From assembly GCA_963716985.1 (NCBI GenBank), contig OY970323.1:1280001-1344000 (forward strand): a stretch of DNA of 64,000 nucleotides, read 5' to 3'. The translations under genes and the position numbers were made by a program. The notes beneath the pieces are model-generated. The model made no database searches. It was given only the letters and a program-made list of their open reading frames with translations, and had not been told where the DNA came from. Below are positions 30,899 through 41,020 of this stretch, one piece after another. The DNA is from an uncultured bacterium. GTDB lineage: Bacteria > Chlamydiota > Chlamydiia > Chlamydiales > SM23-39. Position 1 is the first letter of the stretch, and every line of letters starts with the position of its first letter.

Positions 30899-31525
30899 AT
30901 GAAAAAAGCATTCATTACCGGCCTTTTGACCCTGTTGCCGATCGTCGTCACCATTTGGGTGGTTGTCTTTGTCGTTCAACTATTGACAAAACCCTTTATG
31001 GGATTGACGACCCATTTTTTGACATCAACCACTTGGCTCCATTTGCCGTCCGAGAACGCCGTCCGCTGGACAAGCGAGATTCTGATTCTGATCTCACTTT
31101 TTTTTCTTCTTTGGGTCCTGGGCTTTATTGCACGCTATTTTCTTTTTAAATCCCTCATTCACTTCGGAGATTTACTTCTTCATAAAATTCCGATCATCAA
31201 TAAGCTTTATCGCTCGTTTCAGGAGATCATCCATTCTCTCTTCATATCCGACAAGGACTCCTTCAAACAGGTCGTGTTGATCCCCTTTCCAAATAGGGAG
31301 AGCTATTGTTTAGGATTGATCAGCAGAAGCGCGCCCGACTCTTGCAAAGAAAAGCAGGGAGAAGAGCTTGTTTCCGTCTTTTTTCCTTCCACTCCCAACC
31401 CCGTCAATGGCTTTCTTCTGATGTTTCCAAGAAGCGAGCTCATCTATCTCGATATGAACACAGAAGAGGCTCTGAAATACATCATTTCCTGCGGAGTTAT
31501 TCTCCCGGAAGGGAAAAATCCATGA
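30899..31525 (+). CDS. DUF502 membrane protein (copy 1)
   Basis: FITGLLTLLP, KIPIINKLY, VFFPSTPNPVNGFL, IISCG. Confidence 0.88.
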   Translation: MKKAFITGLLTLLPIVVTIWVVVFVVQLLTKPFMGLTTHFLTSTTWLHLPSENAVRWTSEILILISLFFLLWVLGFIARYFLFKSLIHFGDLLLHKIPIINKLYRSFQEIIHSLFISDKDSFKQVVLIPFPNRESYCLGLISRSAPDSCKEKQGEELVSVFFPSTPNPVNGFLLMFPRSELIYLDMNTEEALKYIISCGVILPEGKNP

Positions 31526-32151
31526 AAAAAAATCTATTCGCCGGACTTGCGATCGTTCTTCCAATGGCGCTCACCATTCTGGTCTTGATGTTCCTCTTCC
31601 ATCTTTTTACCGAACCATTCCTTCTTTTTGCCGAATCTGAGATTCTTTCCCGCTTTCCTCATATCGATCCCTACTATCTTCCTCTAGCAGCCCGATGCAT
31701 CACGCTGTTGCTACTTATTATCGGCATATTACTGTTTGGGGTGATTGCTCAATGGCTCTTTGTTCGCTCGCTGATTCAAAAGCTGCATTCTCTCATATTC
31801 CGCATTCCCGTTATCAAAACCATCTATAAAGTTGCAAAAGACATCATTTATGCCCTCCTCTCAAAAGAGGGAAGAAAAGCATTTAAACATCCTGTCCTTG
31901 TCCCCTTTCCCTGCGACGCCAGTTTTTCAGCAGGTCTTTCGTCAGGAGAAGTGCCAAAAGAAATCGCTGACAAATTCCCTTTTCCTTTAGAGCCGGTCTT
32001 TGTGCCAACAGCGCCCCATTTAATCTCCGGGTTTCTCATTTTCTTTCCAAAAGACAGAGCAGAATCGATCGATATGACCCACCAGGAATTTGTAAAATTT
32101 GTCATTTCCTGCGGCATCGTGGTGCGCGAGAAATCCGCTAAAAAGAAATAG
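31522..32151 (+). CDS. DUF502 membrane protein (copy 2)
   Basis: LFAGLAIVLP, RIPVIKTIY, VFVPTAPHLISGFL, VISCG; ATGA-coupled to copy 1. Confidence 0.88.
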   Translation: MKKNLFAGLAIVLPMALTILVLMFLFHLFTEPFLLFAESEILSRFPHIDPYYLPLAARCITLLLLIIGILLFGVIAQWLFVRSLIQKLHSLIFRIPVIKTIYKVAKDIIYALLSKEGRKAFKHPVLVPFPCDASFSAGLSSGEVPKEIADKFPFPLEPVFVPTAPHLISGFLIFFPKDRAESIDMTHQEFVKFVISCGIVVREKSAKKK

Positions 32152-32215
32152 TCTTTTCCGAAAAGGCGCAAGCACTATGAAAAAACAGAAAAGAACAAAG
32201 TTCTAGGAACTCCCC

Positions 32216-32635
32216 ATGGACACAGCTGCTGCGAAAGCAATCTTTTTCGATGTAAAAAATGCCACGGATAAGTTGAAAAAGATCTACCAGACGGCAACTT
32301 CCCATTTTGAAAAAAAAGAGCCCCTGCTTATTCTCGTTTCCGATGCTGCCGCAGCATTATTCATCGACGAATGGCTCTGGAAGATCGAAGACGCGAGTTT
32401 TTTGCCCCATGCAGTATCGGACACACCCTCAAAAGAAATCATTTTAATCTCTACCACCCAAGAGGCCCATGAGCGTCCTTTTCTTTTTAACTTAGGCGCC
32501 GATCTCCCAATGCGTACGGACAAGATAAAAATTTTTTATGAATTCGATGATAGCTCTTCCCCTTCAAAAAAAGAACTTTCCAAAAAAAAATTCACTTACT
32601 ATCGGAACCTTGGGTTTTTGATTGAATCTCGTTAG
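32216..32635 (+). CDS. holC: DNA polymerase III chi subunit-like protein
   Basis: IDEWLW…SFLPH motif. Confidence 0.75.
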   Translation: MDTAAAKAIFFDVKNATDKLKKIYQTATSHFEKKEPLLILVSDAAAALFIDEWLWKIEDASFLPHAVSDTPSKEIILISTTQEAHERPFLFNLGADLPMRTDKIKIFYEFDDSSSPSKKELSKKKFTYYRNLGFLIESR

Positions 32636-32641
32636 AAACCC

Positions 32642-32670
32642 TTGCCTCTATTGGCTCTTTGTACTATCAT
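32642..32670 (+). promoter_or_regulatory. Putative sigma66 promoter
   Basis: TTGCCT-17 nt-TATCAT. Confidence 0.5.
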
Positions 32671-32703
32671 TTTTTGCATGTTTAAATAGGGAGTCTTTCG
32701 CAA

Positions 32704-32883
32704 ATGACACGCATGTCTAAACAGGGAAAAATCAGAAATATCAGTCCCCACAAAAGAAGAAAAAGAATCGTCAATAAAACGGGACCTAAAAAAGATCAAT
32801 TAGCTTTAGGATTTAAAGAAAGAGTCAATGCCCTTTCTTTAGATGCCGCATCTCCTTTAACCTTCATCCCCAAAATTTCATAG
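32704..32883 (+). CDS. 59-aa basic protein, CT421.1-like (absent from the ORF track)
   Basis: MTRMSKQ…NALS…FIPKIS, translated by hand; GGGAG RBS. Confidence 0.75.
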   Translation: MTRMSKQGKIRNISPHKRRKRIVNKTGPKKDQLALGFKERVNALSLDAASPLTFIPKIS

Positions 32884-32889
32884 GATTTT

Positions 32890-33045
32890 ATGTCGCGCCA
32901 TCAAAGCTACGGAAAAGCCAGTAAAAACGTCAAAAAACGCAATGTTTTGAAAAGATTCGAAAGGGTCGAGATTCTTCAAAAGCTTGGAAAATGGGATGGC
33001 AAAAAGGTCACGGCCCTTCCTAAAACACTAACGACTGCGAAATAG
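32890..33045 (+). CDS. 51-aa PVC-superphylum signature small basic protein (CT421.2-like; absent from the ORF track)
   Basis: MSRHQSYGK…KRNVLKRFERVEILQKLGKW…TALPK. Confidence 0.9.
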   Translation: MSRHQSYGKASKNVKKRNVLKRFERVEILQKLGKWDGKKVTALPKTLTTAK

Positions 33046-33050
33046 TTTTT

Positions 33051-33503
33051 GTGAAGGTCTCGATCTTCAATAGACAAAAAGCTCTTCCGGTAGATAAAAG
33101 AGTCGTTAAGAAAATTGTTGCTTTTTTTCTTTTGCAGGAGAAAATCTCTTGTGATGAAGTGGGCATTTATTTTGTCGAAAAAGAAGAAATATGCCCTCTT
33201 CACGAGAAGTTTTTTGAAGACCCCTCCCCCACTGATTGCATCTCCTTTCCGATTGCCCCTCCGAAAAGCCGTTCAACGGAGTTTTGTTTTTTAGGAGAGA
33301 TTTTTATCTGCAGTGAAGTTGCGCTTGAATACGCCTCTTGCCATCGTTTGGATCCTCTGGAAGAGCAGGCTCTTTATCTGATTCATGGACTTTTGCACCT
33401 GATCGGGTATGACGATCAATCCTTAACCGAGCGAAGATGCATGCGAAAAAAGGAAAAAAACTATATGAAGGTAGTAAGAGAAATTTTGAAGAAGAAAAAA
33501 TGA
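33051..33503 (+). CDS. ybeY: rRNA maturation endoribonuclease
   Basis: PTDCISF, LGEIFI, HGLLHLIGYDD. Confidence 0.92.
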   Translation: MKVSIFNRQKALPVDKRVVKKIVAFFLLQEKISCDEVGIYFVEKEEICPLHEKFFEDPSPTDCISFPIAPPKSRSTEFCFLGEIFICSEVALEYASCHRLDPLEEQALYLIHGLLHLIGYDDQSLTERRCMRKKEKNYMKVVREILKKKK

Positions 33504-34849
33504 TGCATGAATCTTTGACCCCCTATTTGCTACTTATTTTCTTAAGCGGAGCGAGTCTCCTTACGACCTTTAGCACCGCTCTTTTGCGTCTTGGCAAATT
33601 CCGATGTACAACTCTTTTAGACGAAAAAAAATCTCATCTCTTCTTCTTTTTTTTCCTTTTCGAACGTCTTTTCCCTGCAAACGAGTGGGAAAATCTTTAC
33701 TTCATCATCAGCTTCACAAAATATATCCTGCACATACTCTATGCCATATCTGCTTTTCTTTTTTTGGACCACTATCTGCCCCTCTCTACTTCCCATTTTT
33801 TGCCAGAACAAAACTGGGCGCATATTGCCATCTATCTCGTAGGAATCGTCGCCCTTTCTATCCTACTTGACTTCCTCATGCGCTTGGCAGCGACCCTTCG
33901 GCCCAAAAATCTTTTTGAACTCTCCGCTCCATTATCTTCCATTTATCTCTTCTTTTTTTTCCCGCTCACCGGACTTCTTTTAAAAGCCACTGCCTATTTT
34001 TTTCAAAAACTCCATATTGAAGAAACACCGGGCCAATATTTTCTTGCCAAAGACCGCCTCGCAGAGGTGTTGCAAGATTCCGGCCTTTCAAAGCTCTTGG
34101 ACACTCAAGATCAAAAAATGATCCATTCCTTTTTCTCCTTTCGAGAAAAAGTGGCCAGAGAAATTATGGTGCCCCGTGTCGATCTTTTCTGCCTGCCGTC
34201 GACCGCAACGATCCGTGAAGCAACAAAGCTTTTTGTAGAAGAAGATTTTAGCCGCATCCCTGTCTATAAAGATGATCTGGACAATATCATTGGCGTGCTC
34301 CTATTCAAAGACGTCCTTAAAATTTATAAGAAAAACGAAGATAAAAAAGACACGCAAGACCTGCTCAATTTAACGCTGGAAAGCATCGCCAAGCCCGTGA
34401 TCTACGCCCCTGAAAATAAAAAAATTTCCCATCTGTTCCAAGAGCTGCGAACAAAGCAGATCCATTTGGCCATTATCGTCAATGAATATGGGGGAACGGA
34501 AGGAATTGTGACTATCGAGGACATTCTGGAAGAGATCGTCGGCGACATCGAAGATGAGTTTGATACCGAAGCGGATCGTTCCTATTGGAAACTTCCCGAT
34601 GGAAGCTGGGTTGTCGATGCCAAAATGAGCATCGTGGACATCGAAAGCAAGCTCGATGTAAAAATTCCTCATCATCCTGAATATGAGACCATTGGAGGAT
34701 TCGTCTTCCATCGGGCCAGCGCCATTCCGTCAAAGGGGTGGAAACTGATTCATGACAACTTCCATCTAGAAGTTTTGGCTTCGAACGAACGTTTTATTGA
34801 AAAAATCCGCTTGATCCCGATTGTTTCTGAACTCCTTGAAAAAGAATGA
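33500..34849 (+). CDS. Hemolysin/CorC-family CBS-domain membrane protein
   Basis: AREIMVPRVD, FSRIPVY, NEYGGTEGIVTIEDILEEIVG. Confidence 0.92.
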   Translation: MMHESLTPYLLLIFLSGASLLTTFSTALLRLGKFRCTTLLDEKKSHLFFFFFLFERLFPANEWENLYFIISFTKYILHILYAISAFLFLDHYLPLSTSHFLPEQNWAHIAIYLVGIVALSILLDFLMRLAATLRPKNLFELSAPLSSIYLFFFFPLTGLLLKATAYFFQKLHIEETPGQYFLAKDRLAEVLQDSGLSKLLDTQDQKMIHSFFSFREKVAREIMVPRVDLFCLPSTATIREATKLFVEEDFSRIPVYKDDLDNIIGVLLFKDVLKIYKKNEDKKDTQDLLNLTLESIAKPVIYAPENKKISHLFQELRTKQIHLAIIVNEYGGTEGIVTIEDILEEIVGDIEDEFDTEADRSYWKLPDGSWVVDAKMSIVDIESKLDVKIPHHPEYETIGGFVFHRASAIPSKGWKLIHDNFHLEVLASNERFIEKIRLIPIVSELLEKE

Positions 34850-34897
34850 CCTCTCTGGCAAAATTTCGAACAATTAACGGAAGGGAGAATAGATCCG

Positions 34898-36799
34898 ATG
34901 CGTCGTTCCATTTGTTTTTGCGAGCCTAGCTTTGCCATCGCCGGCGAAAGCAATACCTGGAAGTTTGTCTATACCCCTTCGATCGACCTTCCCAAAGGCA
35001 CATCTTTGACCTTCGACCTGCTCTCCAGCAAGAAACCGGGAGAGTGGCAGATCCCGGAGTCGAACCCTAAAGCAAAAACAAACCTGATTTGGGCTACGAT
35101 AGCAGCAGGCAAGCCCATCTATGCAAAAATCCATCAAGGCTCTGCTTTTGAATCTCCCAAATTTGAGTTTTCCCTGCCGTCGGCTCTTAAATCAGGAGAG
35201 CATTTCTCAATTTTTATGGGCAGCCCCGCGTCCGGTGCGAAAACCGGCAATTTTTGCCAAACTAACATTCAAAGACGACGCCCTTTCAAGTTATTGATCG
35301 ACACAAAGGTCAAAGGCCAAATCGTCGAGCCGGAAATCTTCCATATGGACGTGAAGGGAAACCTGCTCAAAACTCTTCGCATCATCGTTCCCTCTTTTGT
35401 TGCCAGAAATCGACGATTTGACATTGTGATCCGCTTTGAAGACGTGTTTGGAAATCTTACGTCCAATGCTCCCAAAGAAACCTTGATTGAACTTACTTAT
35501 GAGAATCTTCGGGAAAACCTTTATTGGAAGCTCTTCATCCCGGAAACCGGATTCATTACTTTGCCAAATCTGTACTTCAACGAACCCGGCATCTACCGTA
35601 TCCAACTCAAAAATCTTTCCACAAAAGAATTATTCTTTTCCCCTCCAATCAAATGTTTCCCCGAGTCCAGCGATTCTCTATTTTGGGGACTTCTTCATGG
35701 AGAGTCCGAAAAATTTGACGCCGGTGAAAATATCGAAAGCTTCTTAAGGCAATGCCGCGACGAAAAAGCGCTGCAATTTATCAGCACATCTCCTTTTGAT
35801 AGCGAGCAAGAGACGTCCAACGATAAATGGAAGAACATCTCCAACCAGATTGCCGAGATCAACGAAGAGGAGCGTTTCATCACTTTCCTGGGATTCCAGT
35901 GGGAAGGAACTCCTAGAGAAGAGGGTATTCGTGAGTTCATTTATACAAAAGATAGCAAACCCATTCTTCGCAAAAAGGACATCAAGCACAATTCCCTAAA
36001 AAAGATCTACAAGATCTACCAGCCCAAAGACTTAATTTCCATCCCCTGTTTTACGATGAGCGCGGATTTCTTGTTTGATTTTAAGGAATTCAATCCGGAA
36101 TTTGAGAGAGTTGCCGAAATCTACAACTGCTGGGGATGCTCTGAATGCACGGAAAAAGAGGGCAATCCCTTCCCCATTCGGAAATCCGTAAAAAAGACAG
36201 AAGAAAATGAAGCGGGAGCTCTTCGAAAAGCGCTGAATAATAATTGCCGTTTTGGCTTTGTTGCCGGAGGTCTTGATGACCGGGGGATTTACAGCTCCTT
36301 TTATGGCTCGGAACATGTGCAATATTCTCCTGGGCTTACCGCCATCATCGCAACGACCCAAACCAGAGATGTGCTTTTAGATGCCCTTTACCATCGTCGC
36401 TGCTACGCAACGACAGGAGAACGCATAGTCATTGATCTCCAGGTCGCGCAAAGCCCGATGGGGTCAGAGCTTGATACGCAAAAAAGGCCCGGGCTTGCTT
36501 ATAGCCGCCATCTCACCGGATATGCCATCGGAACAGATTACATCCAAAAAATCGAAATCATTCGAAACGGCAAGGTCTATGCGACCTTCACCCCGGAAGG
36601 AAATAGCTACGAGTTTGCTATCGACGATACAGATCCGATCGCATCGATCACCCTAGACGGAGGCAGTGAAAAACCGCCCTTTGTCTATTATTATCTTCGC
36701 GTGCTACAAAAAAATGGCCATATGGCCTGGAGCTCTCCTGTCTGGATCGACCATTTCGAAGAAAAAAATGGAAAAAAGATGAAGAAAAAGGGCTTGTAG
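34898..36799 (+). CDS. DUF3604/PHP-like protein (CT425-like)
   Basis: FWGLLHGESE, AEIYNCWG, RRCYATTG, YYYLRV…AWSSPVW. Confidence 0.8.
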   Translation: MRRSICFCEPSFAIAGESNTWKFVYTPSIDLPKGTSLTFDLLSSKKPGEWQIPESNPKAKTNLIWATIAAGKPIYAKIHQGSAFESPKFEFSLPSALKSGEHFSIFMGSPASGAKTGNFCQTNIQRRRPFKLLIDTKVKGQIVEPEIFHMDVKGNLLKTLRIIVPSFVARNRRFDIVIRFEDVFGNLTSNAPKETLIELTYENLRENLYWKLFIPETGFITLPNLYFNEPGIYRIQLKNLSTKELFFSPPIKCFPESSDSLFWGLLHGESEKFDAGENIESFLRQCRDEKALQFISTSPFDSEQETSNDKWKNISNQIAEINEEERFITFLGFQWEGTPREEGIREFIYTKDSKPILRKKDIKHNSLKKIYKIYQPKDLISIPCFTMSADFLFDFKEFNPEFERVAEIYNCWGCSECTEKEGNPFPIRKSVKKTEENEAGALRKALNNNCRFGFVAGGLDDRGIYSSFYGSEHVQYSPGLTAIIATTQTRDVLLDALYHRRCYATTGERIVIDLQVAQSPMGSELDTQKRPGLAYSRHLTGYAIGTDYIQKIEIIRNGKVYATFTPEGNSYEFAIDDTDPIASITLDGGSEKPPFVYYYLRVLQKNGHMAWSSPVWIDHFEEKNGKKMKKKGL

Positions 36800-37068
36800 C
36801 AGCTTGACAAAATATAGAGGGAATTGCAAAACCAATACAACTTTTTGTTCATAAGTCCCTCCAAAAAGTGTGCGCTGCTCCCCAAAAATTGGGCACTTGA
36901 ATAAGCCATAATTTCTTCCTCTCTCCATTTTCTGCTGCGCCATCCACGTTTTTTTGCCTTTTTCGAGCTACTCGATTTTTTGAATCTTTTTGGTCACAAG
37001 AATGTTTTTTTTCTAGATAAAACAATTCCCGATCTTTTAAATTGGATGCCTATTTTTGGAGAATGGAC

Positions 37069-38970
37069 ATGTATTGGTTTTTCCGCCTCTTACTGACTGG
37101 ACTTACAATGTTCAACGTCTGTTTTGCTGAAGAAGAGGAGGATGAATATCCCTGGATTGATAGCTACACAATTTCTTATGGTGGGATCAGTTTTGAATGC
37201 ACTAAAGGATGTGGCGATCCATTCTATAATCCGGGAATGGAAACGATCGATTCTATGTTTTATAACTGTCTTGAAAAAACAGTGGGTCATCCATCCCCTG
37301 CCTTATGGTGGTTATTCCCAAATGGCATGTCGGAAAAGCTGTGGGAACGAGAGGATATCTGTAAATATTCTGTCATGAATTGGCAGAGAGGAAAAAATAA
37401 AGCTAAAATTCAAGGATATGACACCTTCTTGCTAGATTCATATTCCCGTTTGCCAGTTGTTATCGAAAGATTTTACAAAGACTTGGGATATAATCACATT
37501 CAATCTCTTTCTGTTTACAATGAAAAAATTAAAGAAAAAAAATCCATTCTGGAAACTCTTGTGTCTTTGAAAAAGGATGGCTGTTTAAGCATTGACTATG
37601 ATCCTGATGGAAAAATGCTTGGGAATCATTACGCAGGCGGATATTCAATTGATATCGATGAGGCAATCGAGAGTGCTCAAGAAAAACTCAAGGAAGTAGA
37701 GAATGATATAGAGAGCGAACATGAGGAGTTCCATGATTCGATTGAAATTGCTGAAGAGACATTCAGAGAAATTGACGAACAATTCAAAAAAATCTTCATC
37801 CGGTGTCTTAATAACCACCAGCCCGAGGGGATCGCATTTAATAGTGCCTTAGAAAATTTTCTGCTGGGCGATATAGATGGAGGCGTCGCACAAATTCGCG
37901 AGCTCATTCAAACGGCAGAAGAGTGCGAATTAGGAGATGATCTCATCGCAAAGCTCTATTTTCTCAAAGGAGAAATACAAGCCGAAGGTTCTCTTTACGC
38001 AGATGCAATTGCAGATCTCACCACAGCAATCCAAAAAATGCCTTCCATGAAAGAAGCCTATCTTGAACGCGCTGCTAGCTATTTTGAACTTGGGAAGTTT
38101 GATCAGTCGATCCAAGATTATCTTTCATCGGGTATTCGCCCGACCTATGACACAAATCCTACAGATTGGGGTCTTGGCATTAGTGCAGGATTATTCAAAG
38201 GTGCCGGACAATCGGTGGCTGATTTTATCCCTTCTTCTCTTGTCACCCTACGTGGACTTGGCAATGGATTATGGACTTTTGTTAAAAGCCCAGTAGGGGC
38301 TTCTCGCGAATTGATTGAGTCTACGAAAAAACTTATCGAATTATTGCAGTCCAATTCAGCTATTGAAACATTGCAAGAAATCGTCCCTGAATTGAAAGAA
38401 CTCATTCAAAACAACAACAAGCTCAGCGATTTTAGAAAGGGTGAGTTGGTAGGTCTTGCGATCGGTAAATATGGAGTTGACATTTTTCTCGCCAAATATG
38501 GAACAACCGCGATTAAAGCATATCGTGAACTCAAACAGGCCAATCAGCTTATGACATTAGAAGCATTGGCAACTCCTCAAAAAACACAAACAATTCTTTC
38601 CGAAGCAAATAAACGATGGGCTCATCGAGAACAAGTCTTAAAAAACGCCACGCTCAATATCCAGTGGGATAAACTGGGGAAACATATGGAAGGCCATTAG
38701 AATTATGAAAAATTAGTGAATGATCATCGAAACCCAAGCATTTTTACTCATCCGAATCCTGAGAAGTTAATTAAAGAATATGCCGGAACTGGCATCAAAG
38801 ATATTAATCTTATACCTGGTACTCCAGCATATAGAGAGCTTGTGAATTTTAAAGAGTTTATTGGATATGCTGTTGACCCAAATACTGGGGAAAAAACTGC
38901 AACAACATGGGGCAAGATTCACTATGCAAAAGATGGAGTTCATATTGTTCCAAGCTTGCCAAGGAAATGA
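37069..38970 (+). pseudogene. Secreted TPR-containing polymorphic toxin with a C-terminal Ntox50-like domain; in-frame TAG at 38698-38700
   Basis: Signal peptide, TPRs, frame continues past the stop: GKHMEGH*NY…SIFTH…AGTG…ELVNFKEFIG…TTWGKIHYAKDGVHIVP. Confidence 0.8.
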
Positions 38971-39303
38971 CAGTTCTGCTTCCTCCAATATATGCAGCAT
39001 TATTCATTGAGATTGTTTAAGAAAAAAGATTGAGATATTAGGGATTTATAATTATGCTCTCGCCTTTAAATACTTTACTATTGGATATTCAAGGTGCATT
39101 AATCAATGCCGTCGCACCTTCCTTGAGGGCTGTTACTGGGGTGTGACAAACAATCAGAAGACGTCCAACAATGGCCCAAGAGAGCCGTAGTACTACCCCC
39201 CTATTTTTTGTCCAACTTTACTACACAAACCTTTCAATAAAATCTTGACTTCACAACAACAAAACCGTCACAATGTTTAGTCATTTTTCCCGATAGGATA
39301 AAA

Positions 39304-39669
39304 ATGAAGAAAGAACGGCCTGGTGAATTGCACCAGAAAATCAAGCGGCTACGAACATCCAGAGATGCGCTGAAGCATCACAATTATGAAAAAACCCAGC
39401 AGAACAAAAAACTTCGCGACAGGAATGTAGAGATTGCTGAAAGTCGCGATCATTGGAAAGATCGTAATAAAGAGCTTGACCAGCAAAAGGAAGGCCTGGA
39501 GCAACAAATACAAGTTGCGCAGGAGAGATTACTGGAGGCTCAAGAGAAGATACAGACTGCAAAGAAAGAGATAGAGCGCGAGCGAATACGAGCTGATGAG
39601 GAACGCAGGCGCGCAGATCAACTCCAAACTGAAATTGAAGCAGCTCGAAAAAAAAAACAGGGGTCTTGA
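39304..39669 (+). CDS. IS orfA, coiled-coil protein
   Basis: 121-aa charged helical ORF ending just after an A10 run. Confidence 0.75.
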   Translation: MKKERPGELHQKIKRLRTSRDALKHHNYEKTQQNKKLRDRNVEIAESRDHWKDRNKELDQQKEGLEQQIQVAQERLLEAQEKIQTAKKEIERERIRADEERRRADQLQTEIEAARKKKQGS

Positions 39670-41020
39670 AAATTTGATTCCAAAGATGGGAGAGAAAGCC
39701 CCGCGTGGTTGGTATCCCATCTTGATGATCATCATGTGCATTAGGCTAGTGCTCCAAGCTACTATTTCATTTCGCGCAGCTCCTAAGGCGATTCATATTG
39801 CATTTTCTCAATTCGATGCTGTCAAAGATCAACCGATTCCAACATACAAAAGCATCAGCAGATGGCTAACGCAGATAGGTCTCTATAAGTTGAATTGCCC
39901 GAAAGAACAAGCAAATGACTGGGCACTAGTCATTGACAATTCAGTCCAAATTGGTACTCAAAAATGTCTTGTAATTTTAGGAATGCGTCTGAGTAAGTTT
40001 CAGAAGGGAAAAGCACTAACTCTCGAGGACATGGAAGTACTGATTATAGAGCTCCATGATCAGTCCAACGCGAATATTGTCTGCAGGGCATTGGAGAATG
40101 CACAGAAAAAAATTGGAAAGGCTGCTATGGTATGCGCTGATGATGGTTCAGATCTCCGAGGCGGAATTGAACTGTTTTGTCAGAAGCATGGTGCTGGCCG
40201 CGTTTTTGACACTATTCATAAAATTGGCACTTTTTTAAAAAAGATTTTCGAGGATGATTCGGAATGGCAAGCTTTTTCAACAGCTGCGGCAGCTGCCAAG
40301 AATAAGATGCAGCAAACACAGGCAGCTCATCTCATGCCACCCAACCAAAGGACGAAGTCTCGATTCCTCAATATCGAGATTCTTGCGCGATGGGGAATTG
40401 ACATTATGGTTGCCATAGATACGCCGAACCATCCTGACAAGGATCTGCTCGAACAATACTGTGGCTGGATTCGTCAATATACAGGGCTCATTGAAAGATT
40501 GAAACAATTTGACCTCATCAGTCGGAAAACTAGACAGTATATCCGCGAGAATGGAGTGAGTTTTAGCACAGGAGAGCAGATAGATGCATTTTTGGAAGAG
40601 GAAATGAAGTCCTTAAATTTTAATGCAGAAGCATGCGAATACGCTGGAGCGCTGATAGATTTCTTCTACGAACAGTCGAAAGTCGTCCCTTTTGGACAAA
40701 CCTGGCTTGGTTCAAGCGAAATCATAGAATCTCTATTTGGAAAATTGAAAAGTCTCGAGAATGACCAAAGCAAGGGAGGCTTCACGCCGCTTATTCTGGG
40801 AGTAGCTGCGTGCGTCGGTAAAGTGGATATTGCTTTGGTGAAGGCAGCCATGACACATATAAAGATAAGTGATGTCGACACGTGGACAAGAGAACAGGTC
40901 GGATCGACGCTACTTTCCAGAAGAAGGAAAGCTTTGGCGTTCTGGAGAAAAAAGAATTTTCAAAAAAATATTGTACACGAATCGGCTGGAGCCGTCAGGA
41001 GCGAAGCGATTGGTTTTTAG
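39596..41020 (+). CDS. IS orfB, DDE transposase (start uncertain)
   Basis: LVIDNS, CADDGSD, DTIH (DxxH), SSEIIESLFG. Confidence 0.8.
   Translation: MRNAGAQINSKLKLKQLEKKNRGLENLIPKMGEKAPRGWYPILMIIMCIRLVLQATISFRAAPKAIHIAFSQFDAVKDQPIPTYKSISRWLTQIGLYKLNCPKEQANDWALVIDNSVQIGTQKCLVILGMRLSKFQKGKALTLEDMEVLIIELHDQSNANIVCRALENAQKKIGKAAMVCADDGSDLRGGIELFCQKHGAGRVFDTIHKIGTFLKKIFEDDSEWQAFSTAAAAAKNKMQQTQAAHLMPPNQRTKSRFLNIEILARWGIDIMVAIDTPNHPDKDLLEQYCGWIRQYTGLIERLKQFDLISRKTRQYIRENGVSFSTGEQIDAFLEEEMKSLNFNAEACEYAGALIDFFYEQSKVVPFGQTWLGSSEIIESLFGKLKSLENDQSKGGFTPLILGVAACVGKVDIALVKAAMTHIKISDVDTWTREQVGSTLLSRRRKALAFWRKKNFQKNIVHESAGAVRSEAIGF

Noticed and set aside
17845..38700. Amber recoding, suggested by two in-frame TAGs (transposase and toxin)
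   Set aside because: Conserved genes here (recR, the RluA-family gene, trxB, holC) end normally at TAG; the tRNA-Leu has anticodon TAG, which reads CUA and is not a suppressor
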